The notes under the pieces: generated by a model | Told to the model about the DNA's origin: nothing | The model's database searches: none | The model's input: only the letters and a program-made list of their open reading frames with translations | IMG/VR virus record: IMGVR_UViG_3300042863_002358 | Span: 1 to 28,372 of that record | Strand: one strand, 5' to 3' | DNA length: 28,372 nt | DNA from: a virus | Taxonomy: Duplodnaviria > Caudoviricetes | Made by a program: the position numbers and the translations under genes | In this document: in pieces, positions 17,713 through 26,574 of the stretch | How the letters are laid out: each line of letters opens with the position of its first letter | Position numbering within the stretch: the stretch's first letter is position 1

Positions 17713-20166
17713 TCATCCCCATTGCTTTCCTCTGTCGCGTATCGCTCCGATATTCCAGTAACCAGATGATCCTGCGATATAGAATATCTTGTTTTCTTCT
17801 TCTATCTTGTTCTCGTCAAAACTTACATTAAATTCGACGGTTTGAACACTACCGGTCCAACTTGATTCAAAATATTCTCCACTGCCACTAAAGTATGGTT
17901 CATATTTAACATGATCAAATATATAATACGATTTATCTGAAGAATCTATTACACTGTCGATGCCGCCGTATTCTTTTATCTTTACCAAATTTTTAGGTAT
18001 ACCGAAGCAAGATATGATGGCATTTATAGAAGCCTCAGTCCCCTTTGTTTTATAAATAAATGGCAGCGAGTTTAAAATTCTTCTCCAAATTACGCGATTT
18101 CTGTCAGTCTCTGATATGGTTCCAACCTTATCATAAAACGAAGAAGATGGTGAAAAATCCGATTTGGAAAGAGATGACAATAGTAACGGTAAATTTTCCT
18201 TGGATATTTCAGATTCCCATCCAAGCGACGTAAGCATGTCGGCAACTATACTAGGAGATATTCCTCTCGAAGAAGAATTTGAACTGTCATTTTTATTCGT
18301 GAATTGTTTTATGAACACGGACAAATTGTCAAAGTAGTGTCCAATCATTCCAACAAATTTAACATACTCTTCATTTCCCGTGCCCGTTCCTATGAATTCT
18401 GGGAGATTGTTTATTAGACTGTCCCCATTCGATTGGTCGTAGATTGAGGCTGAACTTTGGGATTCATACACATTCGTGTGCTCTGAATACCAACTTGGGT
18501 TTTTATATAAGAAATTTTCGTAGCCGTCAAAGGACGATTTTATTTCATTGATGGAGTCTTCCGCCGTAGCTTTGTCTTTTGTATAAAAAATATCATTTGG
18601 TTGCACCAACAATTTGATTTCTAAATCCGAAATTTCTTTTTCCAACAAGGTTATCGCCGATAACTTTTCATTGAAAGCATCCAGTCGTAACGTCGTGGTT
18701 GAAAAATTTATAAAATTTTCAAAATATCTATAATCTACGGTGTCCAAGAATTCATTGTTCAATTTTGCATTGACTTTTGAAAACAATTCTTGGTACAGAC
18801 TACCGGTCTCTCCCATGAGTTCGGAGCTAGACAATGTCTCTGTTGAATTTCCTTTGCTTTCTATCTTGATAGTGAAGTTCGGACCCCTTAGCGGAATGGT
18901 CTGTATTTCTTTCTTTGTAAAATAGTATGTATTCTGAACAATCGGTGCTGCCGCAAACATGTTAACTATCCACAGCATGGATCCTACTGGGACCGAGTTA
19001 TCCAGAGGAGATGAAAGTTTTACTATCAATTTATCGTGGAATTTAGGATCTTGTGACTCAATGAACTTAGAGTTCATTATTGGAAGCATCGTTCCGTTTC
19101 CAAGATTCAAATAGTTTTTAAAATAACCAACCAATAGATTGTTGTAATCTGTTTCTATCTTGGATATAGCTGGAAAAAATATCAACGAATAGTATATATC
19201 AGATAAAAACTGAACTATGTTTTGATATGTCTCTGGCTTATATGCATTGATGGCGGACAATTCTTTTTCCACTATAAAAGAAAACAAAGAATAATACACA
19301 TCTTTCAACTCTTTGAAAGATACAATCGTGTTGTAATTTTGATGTAGCCAATTATAAAATTGGTCGTAGATACCAAGAATGTCTCTGTTGTATGTTCCTG
19401 CGGTGAGTTGATTCTCTTTCTTAACTCCGTAATATAAATCTGTTATAAATTTTATAGCATCTACGTTTTGCTTTAATCCATAATAAAAAAGAAAATCGTT
19501 TGCCGCTTTTGTATTTTCATTCTTTGCGTAATAATAGATATTGTATATCTCCGGTGATTCTATAGCATCAACCAATTGATCCAATACTTCTTTTATCTGG
19601 AGTTTCCCAGTAGAAAAAGATTCAAATTCTCGCAATAGTTTTACGTCGCTCTCACTGGTACTGGTTCTTAAACTTATCGGGATTATAGATACTTCCGTTC
19701 TAGACGGAGAAATTTCTTCTATCATCAAACGCTGTGAAGAATCGAAGGAGCTTCCGACTAAATCTCTATTGAGTTGGACTCCAATTTTGTAATTTCCATC
19801 GGTTACCGAAAGCTTGTCCAGTTCTTGTGCAAGATTTATCAGGACGGACTGCGTATCTTTGCCAGAAATAACTAGATCCGTTACAAAATATTCATGGCTG
19901 TATGTCACCGGCTTGTTTCTAACGTCGTAATATGAACCGGTGAAAGGTTTGTAGATACCACTCGGTTTTACTACAGATCCGGTGATAAGAGTATCGTCCA
20001 ACGCATACACACTTACATCAAAATAGTCTTTGTCCGACTTACCAAATGGAAATCCATATACTTCGGCACTATCCTTTATATAGTCCCAGTTATCTTTTTC
20101 AATATACGACCCAACCGTCAACGACGATGTAGATGGTATTGTATATTTGATATTTTCTAAATTCAT
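17713..20166 (-). CDS. N-terminal part of a large baseplate wedge-like protein (T4 gp7/P2 gpI-like KGT motif)
   Basis: IWRRILNSLPFIYKTKGTEASINAIISCFG..IKEY motif of wedge/gpI-like proteins; ends at a TGA inside a beta-sandwich domain. Confidence 0.7.
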   Translation of the reverse strand: MNLENIKYTIPSTSSLTVGSYIEKDNWDYIKDSAEVYGFPFGKSDKDYFDVSVYALDDTLITGSVVKPSGIYKPFTGSYYDVRNKPVTYSHEYFVTDLVISGKDTQSVLINLAQELDKLSVTDGNYKIGVQLNRDLVGSSFDSSQRLMIEEISPSRTEVSIIPISLRTSTSESDVKLLREFESFSTGKLQIKEVLDQLVDAIESPEIYNIYYYAKNENTKAANDFLFYYGLKQNVDAIKFITDLYYGVKKENQLTAGTYNRDILGIYDQFYNWLHQNYNTIVSFKELKDVYYSLFSFIVEKELSAINAYKPETYQNIVQFLSDIYYSLIFFPAISKIETDYNNLLVGYFKNYLNLGNGTMLPIMNSKFIESQDPKFHDKLIVKLSSPLDNSVPVGSMLWIVNMFAAAPIVQNTYYFTKKEIQTIPLRGPNFTIKIESKGNSTETLSSSELMGETGSLYQELFSKVNAKLNNEFLDTVDYRYFENFINFSTTTLRLDAFNEKLSAITLLEKEISDLEIKLLVQPNDIFYTKDKATAEDSINEIKSSFDGYENFLYKNPSWYSEHTNVYESQSSASIYDQSNGDSLINNLPEFIGTGTGNEEYVKFVGMIGHYFDNLSVFIKQFTNKNDSSNSSSRGISPSIVADMLTSLGWESEISKENLPLLLSSLSKSDFSPSSSFYDKVGTISETDRNRVIWRRILNSLPFIYKTKGTEASINAIISCFGIPKNLVKIKEYGGIDSVIDSSDKSYYIFDHVKYEPYFSGSGEYFESSWTGSVQTVEFNVSFDENKIEEENKIFYIAGSSGYWNIGAIRDRGKQWG

Positions 20167-20381
20167 AGTTCCGTGAATGCAACCGAGTATTTTGTTTCTA
20201 CTTTTACGTTATTTGCTTGTGTGTTTTTTAGAGCAATCGTTATTGAAGATACAAACAAAGAAGATGTGTTTTCTAATATTAAGTTTGCGGACTCGTCTAT
20301 TCTTGGCTGAATAGATCCACTGGAATATAAACTCAGAATATCATCTTGAGAATAATTGGATAGATATGGATTTACGTTCAT
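20163..20381 (-). CDS. Small hypothetical structural-cluster protein
   Basis: 72 aa, with ATGA overlaps at both ends (translational coupling). Confidence 0.75.
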   Translation of the reverse strand: MNVNPYLSNYSQDDILSLYSSGSIQPRIDESANLILENTSSLFVSSITIALKNTQANNVKVETKYSVAFTEL

Positions 20382-21628
20382 CGCGAAATCTTGAATGGCG
20401 TCGGAATGTCAAATGTCATTATAGAACCGCTTTGTTCGGCTCTTATTTGAACTTTAAAGTATCTTTCTTGTGGTAATCCACTTGTATCCAGCATGAAATA
20501 ATTTCCATATGAATCAAAACTCAGTTGAGTGTAAGCATCGTATGGTATAACATCTTCTTCGGACTCTGCGTCTTTTATCACATAGTAGCTGGATGACGGC
20601 AGGTAATATGGATATAGATAGTCTGAAAATCTTTGAATATCACTCGGTCCTCTCGCAAAGGTTTTTATTGGATAACGCTTTCTGGGAGTGACATCCATTC
20701 TAAGTATGGATCCGTACTTGTATTCCTTGGCCATATTCTTCATGGATACAACGGCGTCTCGTATTTGAATTGGTTCTGCACTAGACGTGTTAAACCCAGG
20801 TATCATCCACGCAATTTCGGAATCTTCCCAAGCAACATCCAAGTATGGTGAATATATGGTATTGGTTTCTTTTGAGAAAAAGCGCAATGTTCCATAGTCC
20901 ACGGAACTAGTTTCATCGCTGTGCATGACTATCAATCCATTATTTACAACCGTACTGGATATCCACGCATTTACGATGTTTGTTACATCCATGCGCACGT
21001 CCGATGATTGGTAGTAAAAAGACTGTGAACAAGCTAGTCCGCCGATGACAGGCGCAACGGGTGGGGTAGGTGCTGCGGTTGTGGTTGTGCTTGGGCAGTC
21101 GGGATACAAATCATATGGATTTGGATTCACATATGGCGGCTCGACGTAACCGGAACCAGACCCAACCAAGCTTCCAGATACCCACCAAACTCCGCCGCCG
21201 TCGCAGCTTGCAACTGAACTGCTGTACCAAAGTTTTGTTTGCCCGTCCCTGAATTTCCAACTTACTCCGTCGGAGTAATCGTTTTCATCAAACTTATATC
21301 CGGTTCCCATTTGCCAAGATTCCGATATAGGATATGCCGCAAGCGTGTATTCACTTGGGACTTCCATGGATTCACAAACCTTCAAGTTCAAATAAAATCG
21401 TGGATTTGTTATTTGTCCACATGCTATTGACTGGGATATTTGAGTTAGGTCAAAATATAATAATGCTCTGGTCAGCACCGCACCTAAATTTCCTTCGGTA
21501 CTGCCGCATGCATAATAGCTTGTTCTCTTTTCAATTTCAAGCACCTCATCCAACCCAGTGTTCTTGAACATCAAAACGGGGTTACTTGAAATAAATGCGT
21601 CTTTGGTTGGATATAAAAAGTAATGCAT
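20378..21628 (-). CDS. Virion protein with a DNRLRE/disaggregatase-like beta-sandwich domain and a Pro/Thr linker
   Basis: KDAFI..NTG..E.LEI...TRALLYFDL...W..G...NNGLIV...FFSKET...PYLDV pattern. Start moved to the ATG at 21628 (MHYFLYP), because the ORF-track start lies upstream of the promoter motif at 21646-21654. Confidence 0.6.
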   Translation of the reverse strand: MHYFLYPTKDAFISSNPVLMFKNTGLDEVLEIEKRTSYYACGSTEGNLGAVLTRALLYFDLTQISQSIACGQITNPRFYLNLKVCESMEVPSEYTLAAYPISESWQMGTGYKFDENDYSDGVSWKFRDGQTKLWYSSSVASCDGGGVWWVSGSLVGSGSGYVEPPYVNPNPYDLYPDCPSTTTTAAPTPPVAPVIGGLACSQSFYYQSSDVRMDVTNIVNAWISSTVVNNGLIVMHSDETSSVDYGTLRFFSKETNTIYSPYLDVAWEDSEIAWMIPGFNTSSAEPIQIRDAVVSMKNMAKEYKYGSILRMDVTPRKRYPIKTFARGPSDIQRFSDYLYPYYLPSSSYYVIKDAESEEDVIPYDAYTQLSFDSYGNYFMLDTSGLPQERYFKVQIRAEQSGSIMTFDIPTPFKISR

Positions 21629-21645
21629 GACTGTGGTTAATACTA

Positions 21646-21654
21646 TATAAATAT
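21646..21654 (-). promoter_or_regulatory. Putative late promoter ATATTTATA
   Basis: Ends 17 nt upstream of the ATG at 21628. Confidence 0.7.
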
Positions 21655-21699
21655 ACAACCCGCCGAAAAATATACATTCTAAAGGCGAATGGTAAGATA

Positions 21700-23586
21700 T
21701 TATAGCACTTTTCCAACAATATCCTTAGTTGGATATTTTACTTCAAAAACCGATGGATCCAAGGATGGATATATGACCTTATCTACAGTTGCACTTTGAA
21801 TATTGTATTCGTATGGGGAATAATCACCATCTCTGACGGTCAAGTTTTTGAGTTTTAGGTAATTTACGGATTGTACACCATCAACTCTACTTATTTCCAG
21901 TTCCAGTCTGCTTAGATTGATTGGTTGGCAGAATTGAGCATTATCTATGTCAAAATATTGTTGAACTGTAGTCAAACAGTTGGTCAGTACGTCTCGCTTG
22001 TTGTAGTTTTTATATACAATTATTCCAAAATCTACTCCAATGTTTATGATATATCCATCTATTATGTTGACCGAATCCGTCAACATTCTGTATTGATTTA
22101 GATAGGTTTTCAGATTTTCTTGGATGGCAAGGTTTGATGTTATTAGTTTCTTTTGACTGTTATAGCAGAGTATATACAGATTGACCGCAAAAGGATTGTA
22201 GTTTGCCTTTGAAGTATCCACGGTCTGATCTGCTATTGCATATGCCTTCGCGATAGATCCGTACTTTGACGGCATTGCATACGATCTAACTATGTAGTCT
22301 TGCTGGGTCACCGCTCTATTTTGAGCGGAATAATTTGCAAGGGCGTTTGTTCTGATACTGTCATTTGACTCACTGCCCATACCACCAACAGCGGGTATGG
22401 AATTATTGACTTTTATAGAACGTCTCACCGTACTCGTTAGATTTTGCTCTAGGTTTGGAAGCTCTGTTATATCCCCAAAAAATTCAACGGATGTTACGTT
22501 TGTTATCGAATTTGCATTTACATTGCTTGTAACACCACCACCAACAACGTATCGTATTGTCAATGTTGTGTTGGCAGGTGCTTGTCCGTATGATTTCGAC
22601 GACAAAAAGTTTGCTGGGTCATACGAGACATTTTCTGTTCTGAACAACGATTGATTCGAGACGGTGTTTACATTTGGAATTATTATCTCATCGTCTTTTA
22701 CATTTGTACCGGCTCCGAATTCTATGAAAGTTGTATCGTCCGAATTTGTGCCTGTTATAAATCTTCTTGAAGTTCTAAGGAACTTTATTAAAAACGGAGC
22801 GGTGTCTCTGTATTTTGACATCACCATGTCATTCTTGAATATGTTTTCCGAATCTATCGGAACCATATCTTGAGCCAAATATTCTGTCTCGTACCAGCGA
22901 TTTCCGTCGGAATCATATATGTCCATTATACCAATAACGTTGGCCTCGGCCAATTCCAATCTATAGAATGACGTTGGATCCGACACAGATACAGTTTTTG
23001 TTATTATCTGGCCAGCGGAGGCTGCAACCGTCTTTTTCAAAACATAAAATTCAGGCTGTCCAGAGGAGTTTCTTTGATACACCGATATTTCTAGTGGATC
23101 ATTTTTTGTATCAACTGTAAAATCAACTGGGAAGTTTGTTATGAAACTTACGCTATTATCGCTAATTGCAGTCATGCCAGGTTTTATTATTTGAGCATAA
23201 GTTAAGTCAGGAACGATTTCTCCGTTTGCATCCGTCTTGGATGGTACTAGCTGATAAACATCCAGTGAAGTTACTGAAGGAGTTGACACTTTTACTCTGT
23301 ATCCAAGGGAGCGTGCCGAGTCTATAATATTTTGTCTTTCTTCCGAATTTACAAGCATCGACTCCTTAAATTGATAATCTACGTAATAAGACAAAACGTC
23401 TCCAACGTAAGCTGCCATTTCGATAAACATCATACCAACGGATGCTTCGCTGAAGTCCTTGTATGTGTTAGGATAATATACCTTGGCAAAATCAACCAAC
23501 GACTTTTTCAATTGTGAAAAGTCTTTATTTAGATATTTTACATCTTTTTTTGCCGGTTGAAATGATTTTTGCGTTTCTAGTATCAT
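21700..23586 (-). CDS. Baseplate wedge subunit (T4 gp6/gpJ-like)
   Basis: YLNKDF..LK, YKDFSEASVG, MAAYVGDVLSYY, ARSLGY, FGAG, GGVTSN, AVGG..ES...IR, QNRAVTQQDY. Confidence 0.92.
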   Translation of the reverse strand: MILETQKSFQPAKKDVKYLNKDFSQLKKSLVDFAKVYYPNTYKDFSEASVGMMFIEMAAYVGDVLSYYVDYQFKESMLVNSEERQNIIDSARSLGYRVKVSTPSVTSLDVYQLVPSKTDANGEIVPDLTYAQIIKPGMTAISDNSVSFITNFPVDFTVDTKNDPLEISVYQRNSSGQPEFYVLKKTVAASAGQIITKTVSVSDPTSFYRLELAEANVIGIMDIYDSDGNRWYETEYLAQDMVPIDSENIFKNDMVMSKYRDTAPFLIKFLRTSRRFITGTNSDDTTFIEFGAGTNVKDDEIIIPNVNTVSNQSLFRTENVSYDPANFLSSKSYGQAPANTTLTIRYVVGGGVTSNVNANSITNVTSVEFFGDITELPNLEQNLTSTVRRSIKVNNSIPAVGGMGSESNDSIRTNALANYSAQNRAVTQQDYIVRSYAMPSKYGSIAKAYAIADQTVDTSKANYNPFAVNLYILCYNSQKKLITSNLAIQENLKTYLNQYRMLTDSVNIIDGYIINIGVDFGIIVYKNYNKRDVLTNCLTTVQQYFDIDNAQFCQPINLSRLELEISRVDGVQSVNYLKLKNLTVRDGDYSPYEYNIQSATVDKVIYPSLDPSVFEVKYPTKDIVGKVL

Positions 23587-23993
23587 ATATTTCCTTGTGC
23601 GGCAACCAATGTAATATTTTGTGGAGATGTTATACCAACATTATCTGCGGTAAATACAACGGATATTTTTACATAATACCCATCTTTTTCTTCGTCGGTA
23701 TTACCAATCGTCACACTTTTTATATTGACAAATGGCAACCATTGTTTTACATCTTTTTTTATAGCACTTTCTAAAATAGATTGTAATTCTTCGTTGTTGA
23801 AATTAAACAAAACGTCCCACAATGAAGAACCGAAGTCCAAATTAAATCTTCTTTCTCCCTTTTTAGTATTTAATAAAAGATAAAGATTTGCTTTTACTTG
23901 ATCAACCACATCAAAACTTTGGTTAAAATAACCCATAGGTCCATGCGATATGGGGAATGTTAAACCGATTGGAGTTTTTACTGCGGTGGACAT
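23583..23993 (-). CDS. Baseplate wedge protein, gp25/gpW-like
   Basis: VKANLYLLLNTKKGERRFNLDFGSSLWDVLF...WLPFVNI is the GPW_gp25 signature. Confidence 0.92.
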   Translation of the reverse strand: MSTAVKTPIGLTFPISHGPMGYFNQSFDVVDQVKANLYLLLNTKKGERRFNLDFGSSLWDVLFNFNNEELQSILESAIKKDVKQWLPFVNIKSVTIGNTDEEKDGYYVKISVVFTADNVGITSPQNITLVAAQGNI

Positions 23994-23996
23994 TGA

Positions 23997-24443
23997 TTAA
24001 CGACGCTTTTCGCTGATTTTCTTATCCATTGCTTTTAAAAGTGATCTATAATCCTTTTTCAACGCATTGGCCACGGCGGCAACTTCCTTGTTTTCATTCA
24101 ATTGCTGCGGGGTTAGTTGTTGTAAAATATCAACTGAACTCTGCATCGTTGTTTCGGTCGGTACTCCTCCCGTGGTTTCGTTTAGAACTTGGTTCAACAA
24201 TGGATTCTTAGAATACATTCGCTGTGGTTGTGCAACTGGGGCCGGTGCCGATGGCTCCTCCATGAATACTTCCACTTTACTCTTAACCGATTGCTGTGTT
24301 GTAGCAGCTCTATTTTCCAATATTGCTGCCGAATTCTCTGATAGTCTCTCAGCCAAAACTTCCATCAATAACTGTGGAAGTGCGTTATTTACTTCTTCCT
24401 TTACTAAGGTTCTAATTATATCGACTAATTCATTCTTTTTCAT
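23997..24443 (-). CDS. Hypothetical late protein
   Basis: 148 aa; starts MKKNELVDIIRTLVKEEV; contains KNPLLNQVLNET; has its own late-promoter motif. Confidence 0.75.
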   Translation of the reverse strand: MKKNELVDIIRTLVKEEVNNALPQLLMEVLAERLSENSAAILENRAATTQQSVKSKVEVFMEEPSAPAPVAQPQRMYSKNPLLNQVLNETTGGVPTETTMQSSVDILQQLTPQQLNENKEVAAVANALKKDYRSLLKAMDKKISEKRR

Positions 24444-24449
24444 ATATAC

Positions 24450-24458
24450 TATAAATAT
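24450..24458 (-). promoter_or_regulatory. Putative late promoter ATATTTATA
   Basis: Ends 6 nt upstream of the ATG at 24443. Confidence 0.7.
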
Positions 24459-24467
24459 AGAGTTGTT

Positions 24468-25046
24468 TTATTTTATTCCGATTTTGGGCACATTAAGTGA
24501 TTTGGCCGCCGACAGTGCTTTCCCCGCCGCACCCGTAACCGTTGAAGATATCGCCGCCCCTCCAATAGAAGGTATTTGAGGCAGACTGGGTGAAAGTGAT
24601 GCAATACTTGGTACCGAGGGAAGTGACGGTAAGGATGGTAATTTTGACAAAGCCGGTATCGATGGTAGCGACGGTAGTTTAGGCAATGACGGTAAACCTT
24701 TACTGAATGATTTTACTATACCCCCAATACTACCCACGGTATTTTCCGAAAATGCCGGTTTTTTAACCCCACTCATAATACCGTCCAGCCCAGACGGCAT
24801 TTTTATGTCAACTTTTGGAATTTCAACCTTTGGAACCGGTAGTTTTGGTATTTCTACTTTTGGGATGTCGGGAACTGCCAGTTTTGGAGCTTCTATTTTT
24901 GGTATATCCAACTTAGGTATCGGTGGGATATTTGATACGGATGGAATACTTGGTATAGATGCCACCGTTGGCAGTGCTGGGGCGCTTGGTAAGCTCACAG
25001 CTGGAATCGTTGGGGCAGATATTGTAGGTATAGGTAAACTCGGCAT
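24468..25046 (-). CDS. Proline-rich low-complexity repeat protein
   Basis: Period-3 P-S-[LI] repeats and period-5 P-K-x-[ED]-[IV] repeats; starts 1 nt after the spike gene stop. Confidence 0.7.
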   Translation of the reverse strand: MPSLPIPTISAPTIPAVSLPSAPALPTVASIPSIPSVSNIPPIPKLDIPKIEAPKLAVPDIPKVEIPKLPVPKVEIPKVDIKMPSGLDGIMSGVKKPAFSENTVGSIGGIVKSFSKGLPSLPKLPSLPSIPALSKLPSLPSLPSVPSIASLSPSLPQIPSIGGAAISSTVTGAAGKALSAAKSLNVPKIGIK

Positions 25047-25047
25047 G

Positions 25048-26574
25048 TTATTTTGTTTTTAATTCTCCACCGTCGTATCCCGATGCGCCGCCACCGCCAA
25101 CTGTAAACACACGTGTACTCATCAACGTTGGCAACTTGTCTCTCAAATCTATTAGGTCTTGCTTCATCTTTTTTAGACTCTCGGCATACTCTTTCATCTT
25201 ATTCGACCAATCCGCTTTTGGCGCGACTTGCTCGTCTTTATGAGAGTCTTTTTCGTGAACATGCACCGCATGCCATTCTTCTGCCTGAGAAATTAACAGA
25301 TCTGTTTGAGCAATCATCCAGTTGCATAATTGGTATATCCAAAATACACTTGTTCTACCCAATAGAACAGGTTCGTCCGCATCGGCAAATGCCCCCAGAT
25401 ATATCTTTGGGGAATTGATCGTGGTTTTATCGTTCGTTGTCAAAACTATTTGCTTATGAGCATCTATAGTAAATTCATCATCGGTCACCATCGCCAGCCT
25501 CTTCTTGGAAAAATGAAAAGTTTCTTTTGCGCGTGACGAGAATATAAGTCTGTCGCTGTTTATAACAACTTGATCCCCGTCCAGAGTCGGGTATTTAAAA
25601 TCGGTCGATCCTTCCGGAGAAAAATCCGGCTGTTCTTCTTTTATATCCGATTGAAATAAAACTTTATTACACGTTGTTATGAACTCCGATATAGTCTTTC
25701 CGGATGTCATGTGTATGGAAGATCCATCTTGGTTGATAGACTCGGTTACATATCCCTTGGCAGTAAATCCTGGGCCGTACTCATACGTGGATACCGTGGC
25801 TTGCCTATTTCTAAACAGTACGTATGGATTTCCACCGTTTTCAGCATATTCTCCCAGACCATTGTCTATAGATCTATTTCCATCGTATGCACCGAATCGT
25901 ATCGAAGAACCAAACCTAGATTCGAGTGATAGGTCACCTTCATACTTTTTCAAAGTTCTTATTTTAGGATTAAATTTGAAGTAACTTCCCAGAACTCCTT
26001 CGTAATTTAGACCGCCCGATGCATTCATCTTCGATCTTGGTCCGGGCATCGGTGAATCCGGTTGACCGGAAAATTCATCAAAATTTTCTTCAACTAGTCC
26101 AGCTCTGCGTTCTATTGCAAAATCCACGCTTGCGTTTGCTAGACTCTTTAAGTTAACTTTTCTTGTATAATAATAGTTGTCTAAGTATTTTACGACCGAC
26201 ACAACTTCATTTAACAATGGATATTCTATTATACCTGTATTTTCTAATGGCAAAGCCCAATATAGAGTTTCTTTTCGTTGCCCTTTTTGACTATAATAGA
26301 ATCTAAATTTTATTCTGCCTATCCACGAGTAATCGTATTGTGCTTCAAGTGGCTTCCCACCGGTTATGTCTGGTGGGAAGTCCAATGCATCCGTATACTG
26401 TTCTTGAAATACGGGATGTTCTCTGTCAAGTATTATATCCAACACAACGGCTGGCTCAAATTCATAGAATTCAATCTTATCGTGTTTATATTCACGCACG
26501 AATCTTTGCGATGCAAGTTTATCTTCTTGTATCCGAGCAGATTCAAAATTCTTCTTGATTTTTTCGTATGCCAT
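25048..26574 (-). CDS. Baseplate central spike/hub protein (gpV/gp5-like, no lysozyme domain recognised)
   Basis: OB-fold-like GRIKF..WALPL..EYPLLNEVV, then EGDLSLESRFGSSIRFG, beta-helical DQVVINSDRLIF..INSPKIYLG..EPVLLG, and an HxH motif (HAVHVH). Lies upstream of gp25/gp6. Confidence 0.7.
   Translation of the reverse strand: MAYEKIKKNFESARIQEDKLASQRFVREYKHDKIEFYEFEPAVVLDIILDREHPVFQEQYTDALDFPPDITGGKPLEAQYDYSWIGRIKFRFYYSQKGQRKETLYWALPLENTGIIEYPLLNEVVSVVKYLDNYYYTRKVNLKSLANASVDFAIERRAGLVEENFDEFSGQPDSPMPGPRSKMNASGGLNYEGVLGSYFKFNPKIRTLKKYEGDLSLESRFGSSIRFGAYDGNRSIDNGLGEYAENGGNPYVLFRNRQATVSTYEYGPGFTAKGYVTESINQDGSSIHMTSGKTISEFITTCNKVLFQSDIKEEQPDFSPEGSTDFKYPTLDGDQVVINSDRLIFSSRAKETFHFSKKRLAMVTDDEFTIDAHKQIVLTTNDKTTINSPKIYLGAFADADEPVLLGRTSVFWIYQLCNWMIAQTDLLISQAEEWHAVHVHEKDSHKDEQVAPKADWSNKMKEYAESLKKMKQDLIDLRDKLPTLMSTRVFTVGGGGASGYDGGELKTK

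Noticed and set aside
17660-17715. Selenocysteine insertion at the in-frame TGA
   Set aside because: There is no redox motif context and only a weak, bulged hairpin downstream, not a convincing bacterial SECIS.
17696-17716. ATG overlapping the TGA (ATGA) as the start of the downstream gene
   Set aside because: That frame gives only MIVLHD-stop; the long ORF continues in the frame of the upstream gene.
15505-20166. Genome-wide TGA recoding (code 4 or 25)
   Set aside because: TGA ends at least seven other genes, five in ATGA overlaps, and no other gene is interrupted.
21629-21658. ORF-track start MYIYIVLTTV for the 426-aa protein
   Set aside because: It is a TTG start upstream of the promoter motif, whose codons it runs through; the ATG at 21628 fits better.
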